64,000 nt of DNA, taken from contig CM114271.1 in NCBI GenBank assembly GCA_050084515.1, positions 37,262,001-37,326,000 on the forward strand. The letters run 5' to 3'. Of the stretch, positions 12,166 through 25,479 are shown piece by piece; position 1 is the stretch's first letter; every line of letters begins with the position of its first letter. Origin of the DNA: Blasia pusilla (lineage: Eukaryota). The notes under the pieces are model-generated. The model had not been told where the DNA came from and searched no databases. It saw nothing but the letters and a program-made list of their open reading frames with translations. A program made the position numbers and the translations under genes.

Positions 12166-12899
12166 TGTCTGGCCCCCAACAAGCCCACCTAACCTGCACC
12201 AACCCTCCCTAAGCTTGCACAAGGCCTGCACTAGCGTGCATAGGGCTTGCATATTGACGACCATGCATTGGCTAAATGGGGTCCTTTGTAAGCAAGGCCC
12301 CCATGGGGCTCGATGTGAGCTAAAAAATGGGTGGTAAGAACATACGATGGGTTATTCGACTAGATGTGGACTAGCCAAGCCCGGGTCTATGTTGCAAGCA
12401 AGATGGGCCCATGTCTGGACACGCACGGATAGATGATTCCACACGTATGTCCGTGCCGGTGGGATCCCATCCGCACAGACATGCCTATCCTAGGGATGGA
12501 CGTAAAATTTGTTCATATGCAACCTTGATATTAACAAAATGGATCTAAAGAATTTCATTCAATTTGTTACATATAACATTTTTGTTTGTAAGTAGGCATA
12601 TTCCTTTGTTATGGAAGCTTATCCTAATATCTAATGGGGCGGTTGTGTTGCTCATGGAATGGATTTGGTTTGCAAAAATTAGGGTAGAATTGGATGTTTT
12701 TCATTCATATTTTCTCAATGTCGTAATATGGTGAGATTCATAGAGAATCTTCATACCATACATTGTATATTTTTGGACTTGTTCTCTAATGGGTTGATGT
12801 TGCTTCATCCCCAAAGATAATATTTGTGAAAAATTACATATGTCTAAATCGACTTTTCAAGCTATGATTATGTTTAAAGCCAAAAGTTATTAGTGAGGA

Positions 12900-13620
12900 G
12901 TTTGAGACTTTCTTGGATGCCAAATTCTAGCCAAAGCCAAAACCACCATGGGTAATCAATTGTTAGTTGTGAAATGTGGAGAGGACAATACTAAATCAAA
13001 TATGTTTGTTTTCACTATCTTGAAAATCATTACGGAAATCTACTATCGAAGATGATATTTGAAAGATATGGATAAGCCAAACCATGCTAGCAAACTTATC
13101 ACATCATATGGCCAAATGTCTTAATTCGAGGTGGAGGGCATGGAATAGTATTTTGCATTGTGTTGCTATGTTGCTCAATTTAAATCATTATTCTCCATTG
13201 AGCACAAGCAATATATTTTTTTACCTAAATCTATGCAAGGCCTTAGAGACTATTTGAACTTATGGCTTATGCACGTGCTAGAATTAATAGGTGATGCTCA
13301 GAGTCTACGAGCTTTCAAAGTCAATTGTCTCGTAGAGCATAGCAGCATCCGCTCTCAATAGGATGCATTCCAAAACATAGATTGTAATTTCTTTCCATGA
13401 TTCAAACTATGCATGAATGATGCATGGCCTCCAAAGGCTTGGCTCCCAAATTACCACGCGGCTTAACATAGACACTCACTGCGTCTGCTTGCAAGAGAAG
13501 TTTGAGTGATCATGAATTTATTCACAACCAATATAGAAATTGAATAAAATATTTTACTGTATATGATCAATTTTATATGTATCACAACGGTTGCATGAAT
13601 TTTCAAACACCTATGTTTCA
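12900..13620 (+). pseudogene. hAT transposase remnant (dimerisation domain)
   Basis: ~13478-13590 translates TASACKRSLSDHEFIHNQYRN*..., resembling the hAT C-terminal S-A-C-E-R-x-x-S...IH...RN motif. Confidence 0.6.
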
Positions 13621-16277
13621 CACTTGGTGCACAAGTACTATGGATCAAGAGGCCAACAAAATTTTTAGAAAAGCAACGCAAAAGGAAGTACAACATGAGA
13701 AGTTTAGAAGACCAATGGATTTTGGGAAAAATCAACCCACTCGAGAAGGACTTGCTTCAAACCAAAATAACTTATCACAAAAGGAAAAAGGGAGTTGATT
13801 TTGATCATGAACTACAAGACAATGATTTTGAGGATGACAAGCCTCCTCTGCCTGAATATTTTGGATGTGAATATATTTAGAAGTTGGCCTCGAGAATTGT
13901 AAGGCATGGCCGTCTAAACATGACAATCACACATCATAGAAGGATGTATGTGAGGATGACCAAAGAGGAGCAACCCAAGACCAAGCATGTGATTGGATGG
14001 AGAAGAACGTGGTTAGAGGAAGTCAACTAGATATGCAATATGCTATTAACGAAGCCAATATAGAAAATATTTTTCCTTCACTAAATTTGATGGAAAATAC
14101 TTCTATCCAAGGAGTTGGCACTAGGGAACAACCACCTCGTAGAGTAATCGACAAAGGGTTCATGTATTCTTTCGAACCTATCATTCCATTTGATGAGGGT
14201 ATTAGCCTAAAGTTAGAAGACTTTGAAACCCCATATCAATCTCTACAAAGAAAACCTAGATTTAATGCTAAGTCCAAAGGAAAAGTGGAATAAAATATTT
14301 ATATATCTTTATCATAGTCTCTTAGCATGCATCTTTTTGTACATATGCATGTTCAATTTCCCCAAGTCTGTAATTTTTACTCTTACTCTGGTTCCGAAAA
14401 AAATTGAAAGCAAATGTAAGTCAATTTTAAAGCAAAACTAAATGAAGAGGTCTTTCTAGAAGGGCAAAGTAAGATATATTAAGAAGAACGAATTGTGAAT
14501 TTTCCATTTGTTCCTTATAAATGATACTGACGTGAAACATTTTCTTCTTGTCCATATGAGTATTTTTAACAATGTTGAAAACTTTCATGCCCAATGTAAT
14601 TTCTAACCAAAGCTCCATAATGAAAAGGTCATTAAAGATTTATGTGATAAGATGAAATCAGGAGAAACAACTTGTGTACTTTTCATTCCTCCCATATACA
14701 TGATCTTCAATTGAGGCTTGTTAAAGTTGTTCACAAGAGTGTTTAAAATTCGTTTTCAAAATTTCAAGCCAAATAGATCTTCCGTCTAAAGCCCAAAAAT
14801 GAAAAAAGCATATAACCTTGCGATAAGATATCTTCTTAAAAAAAAAACTTTGCATGAAAATGTATCAAATGGAACTTTCATCCAAAGGCAAAAAATGAAG
14901 AGGTCATCGAGATCCTTGTGACAAGTTTTACTAAGGAAACATTACTTGGAAATTTTCATCTTTTCCAAATATATGATATGGAAATAAAACTTTGTCAAAA
15001 TTTATAAGAGTGGTTTCAATGTCTTGGAAAATTTGGAAGTCAAGTGGAAATCTATACTATTAAGCAAACATAAGGGGATTACTAAAACCAGAAAGACAAC
15101 TTTTTTCCACTTTCTATAAGAAGTGAAGCACGAGGTATTCGACCTTATGGAATCGGGGTACCTTACTACTCACATTAAAAGGCTTCGATATGCGAGGATT
15201 CTATTCACACAAGTGTTGATATGGAATTGGTTAGAGGCTTGTGAGGTGGTCATCCGTAGTTACTTTCCAAGGCTTTGGCTCTCACATGTGCGTATGAGGT
15301 ACTGGCTACGGGGTTGTGAGGCCCTCACCTGCATATAGTTATTGTAGTAATTTTGTATAATTGTGGAATATTACAGGAGATTCGGGAGATCTCGAAGTTA
15401 GAGCCCAAGTTGGAGTCTTGGGTGGAAGGAAGGTGTGGAAGGAAGCTAAACAAGCCGAAGATCCGAAAAGCCCTGCTTCGATCCAAATGTGAGATTTGTG
15501 ACATTCCAACTTGCTCAATCCTAAGCATTGTGACGATTCACATTTGAGGCTTGCAAGAATGCTGTTTAGCGCATGTTGGCTATCTTGCGTGTACTCACCT
15601 GAATGTAGCATGTTGGCTATCTTTCATAGAAAACTAACTCCTCCCATAGAGATGCAAAGTTCCCAAACCAACCCAAATTATGAAGACTGTGTAGGAGATC
15701 ACCTTATGGTTTCCCAATCTTTGCCTATGAATTCTAAGTTCTTGACGTTGGACACGTTCTCGGTTATTTCTTAGGCAATTATGATATTCTCCCATTTTCT
15801 AAGACGGAAAAGCGGATGGGTCCCATGTTTATCCATGGCTCATATGCGATTCCGCCTAAAATCGACCGCGAAGAGAGTCGCATACATAAAGTATTTTGCA
15901 CCAAGAGTTCGCCTTAATTATTATCAAGATTAAATCCGAGAGAGTTTCTGGAGATGCATGTGGCATCCTTTGGATGGTATTCTTCGTAGCGCCTCCTTCC
16001 GTCGACGCCCACTACAACACTATGCGTCAACCTCAGGAACATGCGCTCGTCAATTATCATATCAGCAATCTAACTTTGGGCACCACAGACCAGAGGAGGA
16101 CATCGCGTAGGCTTTAGTTAGTACCCGTGCACCAATTCAGCAACGGACGAATTTCACAACAAAGAGATCTAGAGACACATACAAGCTACATGCGAGTCTT
16201 GGAGCTTAATCGAATGTCTGCTCTAGAAAGTTCACAAGATTACTAGCTTAGATTCTGCTCACCAGATTTCAACTGAA

Positions 16278-16308
16278 CTAGTAAGAATGCCCGTGCGATG
16301 CACCGACA
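16278..16308 (-). other. Helitron 3' terminus
   Basis: Minus strand reads gtcGGTGCatcGCACGGgcattcttaCTAG|t: a GC-rich hairpin ~10 nt before CTAG. Confidence 0.85.
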
Positions 16309-16414
16309 TCAAAATTTAGCATATACAAAATTAATCATACCAATGAGTGAAACATTACAAAATTTAGAAAATGCGTACCAATATAAAACTTCACATATAT
16401 AATGTTACTTTAAT

Positions 16415-19400
16415 TTAATTTAGCACTTCATTATATACAACATTCCTAGTGTAAATACCTATTTTGTTAGTAGCATTTTCATTATCTGTCATAATATGAA
16501 TAGAATTCCTCAAGCCTCCTCTTGACAAGGCAACATACAATTGCCCATGAGAAAATACTGGATTGGGAAAGTAAATACCAACTCTATCTAATGTTTGACC
16601 TTGAGACTTATTAATAGTCATTACAAAAGCAGGACGGATAGGAAATTGAAATCGTCGTAAATCAAAAGGTAGGCCCGAATCAGAAGCAATCAATGGAATG
16701 CGTGGAATGAAAACTCGAGCTCCAATGTTTTTTCCCGTGATAATTGTTGCATCTATAAGATGTCGACTAAAGCCAGCTATCACCACCCGAGTCCCATTTG
16801 CTTATCCCTTTGCTCCATTCATATTTCGTAATAGTATTATCGGAGCTCCAATATTCAAAGTCAAACAATGAGGTGGCAATCCAGATGGTAAACATGTATT
16901 CAAAAATTATGTTGGATAAACAAGTCTCATCTCATCGTCGGAAACATAATCAGCACTCAAGAAAGTATGCTCCTGCAAAAACAAAATAAATCATTAATAA
17001 TAAGAGAGATGATAGAAAAATGTAGCAATACAACAAGAATATATATATTCTTGAATAATGATATTCAAGAATATAAATATTACCTCTCTTGGAAATCGAG
17101 ACATGATTTCCGCGTTTATAATATCCACAGTAGTATTCTTGGTTGACAAAATGGATCTACCCCTCAAGAAATCAATGTCACTCCACTTATGAACATCGTG
17201 TCCATAAACAATGTCAATGAGATCATTGATCCTTGTGGTTTTAACAATTATCGCATCCGGAACTTGTATAAAATCCTCTCCAAGGTCCAAATGTTACGGT
17301 ACACGACCCTCTCCTACCTCTAATAACCACGTTGCAAACGCTTCTTGCTCTTCTCGTGCATACCTTGATAATAAATATAAGATGAAGGAATAAGTAAATA
17401 TTAAAAATAAACAAAAACCAGATGAAATGAAAAAGGTGAAATATTAGGTTTATTCTTTAATACCTTGTACAGTATTAACTCTCATGTTGGTAGTGAGTTT
17501 CAATAATCTCACGTCAAACCAAATAAGAGATCTCCTAAGTGTTGCACGCACAATTGTGGCCCGATCTCCACGACGATCAACTGGAAGAAGTTGTCGAAAG
17601 TCACCACCAAATAAAATGATCTTCCCCCCAAAAGGCAAATCTCGTACTCGAGAATCCATCAAACCCATGATATCTTGGAAAGTACCATGAACAGCCTCAA
17701 ATGCGTGACGATTGGTCATAGGAGCTTCATCCCACACGATCAAATTCGCCTTTTGTATAAGGCGGGCCATATGACTATTGACCGATAGGCTGGAAAATCG
17801 ATAACAAAAAAATATGTGAGGAACATTTATGAAGGATAATCAAAGAATAAAACAATAATATGCATGCCATAAAAGGAAAAGAAATCTTAAATCTAGACTT
17901 ACTTGCAAGTGGAACTTTCATGTACTTGGATAGGAATCTTGAATCGAGAATGAGCAGTACGACCTCCATCCAATAATAAAGCGGCAATCCCCGAAGATGC
18001 AACTGCAAGAGCTATATGACCCTCGCTCCGTACCATTGCAAGAAGAAGGTTGTACAAAAATGTTTTTCCTGTTCCGCCAGGACCATCGATAAAGAAAAGT
18101 TTTGCCTGAAAAATCCATATTTTTCGTTACAGACAAGCACTTTAAAAGAATAAAACTTAAAGAAATAAAAAATGTAATTAAAAAAAAAACTATATTTAAT
18201 ATCCACTTACAGAAGGTGGCGCATCCTGTAAGATATCGCAAAAAGCATTACAAATAACTTCCCAAATAGCTCGTTGTCCATCATTTAAAGACATCTCTCC
18301 TACTGTCACACGTTCACAAAGCATATCATGATCGTAGGAGAGCTCTTCCTCTTCTAGACGCGAAATAGATAAATCACGAGCTTGGAAATCTGGTTGAGGC
18401 ATGTCGGGGAAGTCCGCCATACTTTTACCATGATCTTGAAGATGGTAATGGACCTCCAATAACGCAAGATTAATAATATGAACATCCAATGGAAGGGTCA
18501 GAATACCAATTCTCTATTACAAGGAACAAATATAGAAGTTAAAACGTAAATAAAGTACCTAAAATATTCATAAGAGAAACAAGAAAAAAATTGACTTAAC
18601 AAAAGCCATGCATATTACGTCACGCCTTTGATGTAGAAGATCTTTTGTCAATGGAACCAAAAAATGTTCCCACACCATAGCCAGAAGGATAGGTGTATAA
18701 TATAGAAGACAAATGGCAAAGAGTAGACATAATGAATAGCCACTACGAATGACAACCGCCTCTTCAAAGCAAGAAAAGATCTCTCTATCGTCCTCCAAAA
18801 GTCCCATATGAATAGCGGTCTCTTTGAAGGTAGGATAAACTACACCATCGATGGTTCTCAAATCTTGATATGATTGAGCTCCTCTCTCATGATGGAGAAG
18901 TAATCGTAACCAATGACGCTCCCCTTCAGCTAGGATTAGCGAAAAAAAAGTATTAGCAAGGAAGCATGAATATGATTTTAACATTAACTCAAATTTTTCC
19001 TTAATAATTATATCTTAACAAAGAATAGAAAGTTTACCTGGATTTGTTATATACAGACGTCCAATAGGATGTCCACATCCTTTTCGTGCACGTTTACGCG
19101 GATGCCATTGCTTATTATTCCAAGAGTAATGAGAAGGGAACTCCAAATAAAGATATTGTCGCGCAGTCGAATAAAAAACATTTGTTGCAAACCATTGGGT
19201 GAGAGTGGTTTCCTTACTTCGCTCCAGAATATTACCCAATGAATCTTGCCCATGAAAATATACCATTTGACTGTTTGGAAGATGAACAATCAATCTCACA
19301 ATACTTGGTTGCTCTGCATGTAGACTAAACTTGAAGATTCGCCAACATGCTTCTGAAGAAGAAACGTACCTTCATACCATACAATATAAATATTGTTAGA

Positions 19401-21586
19401 GTCCCACATAATATCATAGGAAAAATTGGGAGATCTTGAAAGATATAAGGGATCAAAATACCTTGCATCAAGATATAATGATGTCTCATCAATAGTATTC
19501 TCTCCTGATGTAGTATTTGCCAAGGTATATGATGTGGCATCAGATCCTTTGTACACATACTTATAAAAGTACTTTACTGCCAAGATGCTATTTGTTATCT
19601 CCAGATTGATATGACAATCAAATAAAGTACATAACATTGGATTGTATGGAACCACCCAACGATTATCAAAGTCATGATTTGACTTATTAATCAATCTGCC
19701 ATTATCACGCCCGCATAAACACATCTAGAAGTATGTTAATAGTTGGGGAAAAAAGATAGCACACTAATAGAAGAACATTAAATGACAAAATAAACAACAA
19801 AACCAATGAATTACCTCTTATAAATAGGATATCCATCCTCATTCTCCATTTTCATTGATGCAAAGGGCATTGGGTATCCTTTGGAACACTTTTTGTCCTT
19901 TTATCCGTGCAAGGTGTAGTTGGATGTGCTACTCCACACGGACCATGAATCATACAATTTCTTACAGTAGAATGTAGCCTAGGATGAGTCATGGGATTCG
20001 GAATCTCTGCATATATGATATCGTCAAAATCAGAGGTTGTCCTTGGCTTATCCTTAGAAGCAAGAATAATTAGGATATGCACATGTGGTAGCCCTCTCTT
20101 TTAGAACTCGACCACATGAATGCATCCTACCACTCGACCCAAAATATGCTTATCCAATATAAGTCTCAACAACCCCTTCTTCTTTTGTTGGAAAATACGT
20201 ACAACCAGGTCAGGACGATCAGACGTTGATTGCCCATGAAGCAGAGCAGAAGTAATCTCTGGCCATTTAGGATTGCAAGTGATAGTCAAAAAGTAGTCAG
20301 GCTTCCCAAAATGTCTCACAATGGCCATAGCAGCATGGTACAATTGATGCATGTGACGCGGTCCTCCTATGAAAGATGAAGGTAAGATAATACGTCTTCC
20401 TATGCCTTGACCGTTCACATCATGCCGAGTCATGGCATCTCTGACACCTTGGTATAAATCAGCTCTCAACTCTTTTTGATGCAATCGTATCCAAGTTAGC
20501 CATTGCATTTCGATAGTCGCATACATATCCACCATATATTCTTGAGTAAGATGACCAAACCTCAACAACCAATTATTATCCATAGCATTAGCTCGCATTT
20601 GAAGTCTGAATGAAGCAAATTGTAAAGCTGTAATGGTCTTTGAACTCGCCTCATGAGTGGTAACCTCACCTTGAATTCCTCCTTGTACAATATAATCTCT
20701 ATCTTCGTCCATCATAGCATCCCCTCTTAACGACAGATCATCTCTATGATCATGTTGCCCTTGCAAAGGTATCCCAGGATGCCAACCTGCTTCACCATAA
20801 ACAAAAGGAAAAACAAAGTGCAATGGGATATATGCTTCATTCAAGTCGATGACATTTAATCCCTCCTCCATGTAAGCGAACAATAATATCACGTCCTTCT
20901 ACTGGCTCAATCCCATCTCCATGCAAGATAGTTGCAATCTCTGAAGCAACAGGCAAGGTGTATCGTTTTGCATCGAGATCTCGCTTAGTACCCTTAAGAA
21001 CAATATGAAAGTCAGAATTACATGGATCAATAGCCACATTTCGAAATAAAGCCACATATGGATTATGGGCATGTAACATATCTTGTAATCCCCTTAAGAT
21101 CTCTGGCCTCAATTGATCCCGATAATCTCCACTCATAATCCTTCTTCTATGTTCCATCTGATGCTCATCATCATGAATATAAATTTGCACAAATTGTGGA
21201 GGAGCACCACTTTCAGCATGAAGAGGTCCAATAGAATGATATACACCACCTTGAATCCTGAAGTTTCGTGTACCGCCTCGTTGCTCTGTCACATGTGCCC
21301 CAATAGATGCCAATTGAAGAGCACTATTATAGGCACCTACATTACGCAAAAAATGAAGACTATTTGAACTCATACCAGAAAGTAATTCTGCTAGTATAGA
21401 AGGTGAAGCTGTCAAATATGGTAATTGAATCTTACCATGCCCACAACACATACTAAAAGGAGAGCTTATAAACCTAGTATACTTCACTCTCTCATGCTTC
21501 CAATGTAGAGCATTGCAAGTCGGACAAACAACATTCATAAGTCCAACACTAAAACGACCAGTCATTCTATAAATACGATCTCCCAA
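16415..21586 (-). pseudogene. Helitron RepHel coding region (multi-exon)
   Basis: ORFs 20837-21586, 20101-20892, 19852-20082, 19296-19724, 18568-18984, 17450-17770 and 16415-16786, separated by AT-rich introns, frameshifts and stops. Confidence 0.92.
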
Positions 21587-24500
21587 CTTAAGAATTCAAA
21601 TGTGATTCTCTTCAAAGTTAGGAATATGTGCAATATTGAACAACTTTTTCAAGTTCACAACCCTCCTAGATCCCACATTTGGAATCAAGGCATGTACATT
21701 GTCTTATTTTCTTCCATGTGGCCTTCACGATTGGCTGCATTGGCATCGCTCCTTATCAACGGATCACAAACATGTGCAATCTCATGTACTTCATCCAAAT
21801 ATGGTCCCACATTTGGAATCGAGGCATGTACATTGTCTTCATTCACTTCCATGTGGCCTTCAAGATTAGGTCCATTGGCATCATTCCTTATCAATGAATC
21901 ACCAACATGTGCAATCTCATGTACTTCATCCAAATAAGCATGTCTTCTTCTTTGGCCCTCAGCTCGAGCAACTTGAAACATGTGAGATAATCGTAGAGGA
22001 TTGGTAGGAATTGCAAGCCTACAAGCAGAGGTTAAGAAATTAATATATATGATTATAATAAGAATAAATATACATACAAACATATCTATTTTAAATCTGA
22101 GTATATAGTTTAGAAATATACGTTGGAGATGGAAAGACCACAATCCTAGAGTTTGGAATAGCTTCAACTTCATGATATACCATAATTGGCCTACATTTGT
22201 TATTAGAAATCATTCATAAAAATTTAAGACCAAGTAGGAAACATCAATAATAAAAGTATGTAAAGCATACCTTGTATTAGCTTGAGTATGAAAGTCATTA
22301 GTAGTCATAGCGTCGACTTCCTCCCTAGGAAGAAGATTCACAGACAATTGATAAACATTCGCTTGGGCCAAATTATTCTGCCTTCTTCTCTGGCCTTGTG
22401 CTCGTACAACTTGAAGCATAGCATGTAATCCGCGAGGGTTGGACGGAAGTGGAAGATTGAGAAAAAAAATATTAATAAAAATCAAGTCAAACTAATTAAA
22501 TTTAAAAATCAAATTAAAAAAACCAATAAAAAATAATAAATTAATGAGTGGATGAAACATACATTGGAGACGATGTAGAGTCTATTAAAGCCTGAAGATT
22601 TCCTTTGGAAGGTGTTCCTACCAACCTGAACAAAGAATAAAAAAAAATCATAATACGAAAAAAATTTTATAACTATTATTATAATAAAAAGTAGAAATAT
22701 TATATATAAATAAATACCTTCTAGTATTTGCGCCTGGTGAGCCATCGATGATGGGTGGTTGTAATTCTTCCATCAATTGAACATTCACAACAGCTTCAAT
22801 AGATCTCAATTCAACTAATTTAGCATGTCTTCGCTTTTGTCCTTGAGCTCTCACAATTTGATGTATATCACGTAATCGTTGCGGGTTCGATGGATTTGGA
22901 AGTGTACATCACAAACATGAAAGATATTAAAGTCACACAAAAAATCTAGAGTGTGCACATATGGTTACGATATCATTCTATAATCATAATGCTAAGTATC
23001 CTTACATTGGAGATGACAAAGTCGTTGAATGAGTTACAAATCGCATATCTTGAAGCACCCTTCTTTTTCTTTGAGAAGCAACCCTTCTAGCCTTCTTATA
23101 TGCAAGCTTCTCTGTTTCCTCCGAAATCCGTATAGAAGATGGAGCACTACATGAAATGTGGTAATCATGCTCCACATTAGGTAAAGAGACTACATTGGTG
23201 ATGTCTGCGAATGGTCTTTTTTCATTTTTCCTGGATGGTTCCTCTTGAGATTCATGCATCTTGTGACAATATCAACCATCTGACCAAAATATGTATTGTC
23301 AATATATAAAAAAAAAAGAAAAAAATTTGTTAAAAAAACTTATACTCAAGATTTGGTCCCGAATATTATAATCTATATTAAAAAATAAATTTACACATAA
23401 CTGAAGTTTTTATAAAAATCTGAAATAGGAAAATCATTCTAACGGGCAATGAGACTCGGCCGTACTCATCTCACTTGAGTCCTCTGAGCAAATTGTATGA
23501 AAATCACTAATTTCCCATGACCCCGACCCGCAACAATCACGTACAAATGAATGGCTAGATGCTATAGGGTCTGAGGAAGGGATGCAATCATGTGTGGAAT
23601 CTGTATCTCCTTCTCCCTCCTGACCTCCAACTACTTCTTGTGAAATAGAATGATGATTCACCACAGGTGTGGTTAAAATCCTAGATGCACTCTCATCATA
23701 ACTACAACTCTGACCATTTCTCAAAGGGCTTATGCTAACATTAGGAGCATTAATCCCATTTTTGAAATTTGGCAATGGTACATAGCTAGGACTTAAAGCC
23801 TTATCCATATTTTCAAAAATCGGCGATGGAACATAGCCAGGACTTGAAGCATTATTCCTATTTTCAATGATCGGCGATGGGATATACTCCGGACTTGATA
23901 TTTGTATCACCTCTACGACGTCGACATCTATAGGTGTATAATCCCTTTCTTGTTCATCAAGAGGAACGTAGAATTCACCATGGCTAAAGCGTAATTCGTC
24001 AACACTCATTTATAAAGTATCATGCATTATCCACACAATTATTTTAATGAAAGAAATATTTCAAAATAATAAAAGAAATACTCAATAGAAAAGGATACTA
24101 AATCTCCATACCTGAATATTAGAACACAAGCAGAGAAGACTTACTTTTTTGAGTCACTCCACTCCCAAAGAAATGAAACTTGATCGTTTGCTCAACTCAA
24201 CAATCTCAAACAGACATATCTGAGAACAAAACGAACATGGATTTGATGATTAATTGGATAGGGTAGTACTCTCTAGGCTACTTATCTCCAATATCTCGAC
24301 TATCTGCACTTATGTCTAAATCCTCATAATCCATACATCTATATTCCAGGTCGAACTCATCACCAACATATCATCCCTCAGAATCATAGAGGGAAGTGGA
24401 GGAATATTCTCCATTGTTAAGTTCTTCAAGACCAAGACAAATATCTACAGAGTATCTCTCATTACTATTGAGAGTAATCACAATTTCCTCGCCTATTGAG

Positions 24501-25216
24501 ACTTCTCTAACCTCCTGAGTCTCATTGAAACCATTTGAAATAGGAGCAAAAAATTTAGCGCCCACATCAAACAATTTTCGTTTTCGTTCAGAGCGAGATA
24601 ATGAAAATCTATGTTCATCTCTCTCTACCAAATATTCATGACTCGTATTTATTACAATTTCTTCCACAATTATCGGCCTCTTGCATCTTGATGAGAGAGT
24701 TGACATCGCGTAAGCTAGTTAGGCTCACTCCGCATAGGCAATATTATTCACTGCAAATTTAAAAAGATCATATTAAAATTTCAATATAAATTAGATAATT
24801 CAAGTAAAAAAACATAACTACTAATATAATTTTATAAGACTCAAATATTAAAGACGCTATAAAATTTGTAAGAGAACCAAATCCGGGCATAAGAAAAAAG
24901 ATTTTCATAACTAAAACCCAAAGTCCCTCTAGCTCTTGACATATAGCAGGGTTATGTGAGTAAGGCCGAGTCATGAAGTGCGGGCCAAGTGGGTCGGGTT
25001 CGAGCCCCGCTCCGAGCAGGAATATGTTTCAACACTGCCCGTCCCCTAGCGGCATAAACAACTGATAAAGGTAACCCACGTAACCTGCAAGTGGCAAAAC
25101 GAGATGGTCGCGTTTTGCCGCTCTTGTAGTCTCCGCGGGTAGTTGAGGGATGAACTCCAATTCTGAGACGCCACCCCTAGACTGTCTGCATTCCCTCCTC
25201 TTCAACTCTACTTTCA

Positions 25217-25219
<3 letters not shown>

Positions 25220-25253
<34 letters not shown>
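25220..25253. repeat. (CT)n microsatellite
   Basis: Direct read. Confidence 0.95.
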
Positions 25254-25258
<5 letters not shown>

Positions 25259-25479
25259 TCAACCATGTTGTACAAATTTGGATTATTATAGTCTTTTTTT
25301 TCTATTTTGACGACCAATGAAAATTATATGCAATGCGGTCCTTTGTTCTAATTTTGTAGTTATATCTTCTTTGATATATGTATCCATTCTATGACTCTCG
25401 TTCGAGCTCTCATTTTTATTTTCAATAGTCTTTGTCCATTGACATATTTTGATTTTTTAGTCATCACGACTAACTCCTT

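Larger units (their letters stand above)
16278..24750 (-). mobile_element. Helitron (Rep/Pif1 helicase), intron-containing and pseudogenised
   Basis: Rep motifs DYFLTITCNPKWPEI, EF*KRGLPHVHIL (HUH) and KYFYKYVYKG. Helicase motifs IVWDEAPM, GGDFRQLLPV, MTINKSQGQTL, HGQLYVALSR. The 3' end has a hairpin followed by CTAG|T at 16278-16281. The 5' end is not located. Confidence 0.93.

Noticed and set aside
16415-18100. Host PIF1 helicase gene
   Set aside because: It is linked to a HUH Rep domain and a Helitron 3' terminus.
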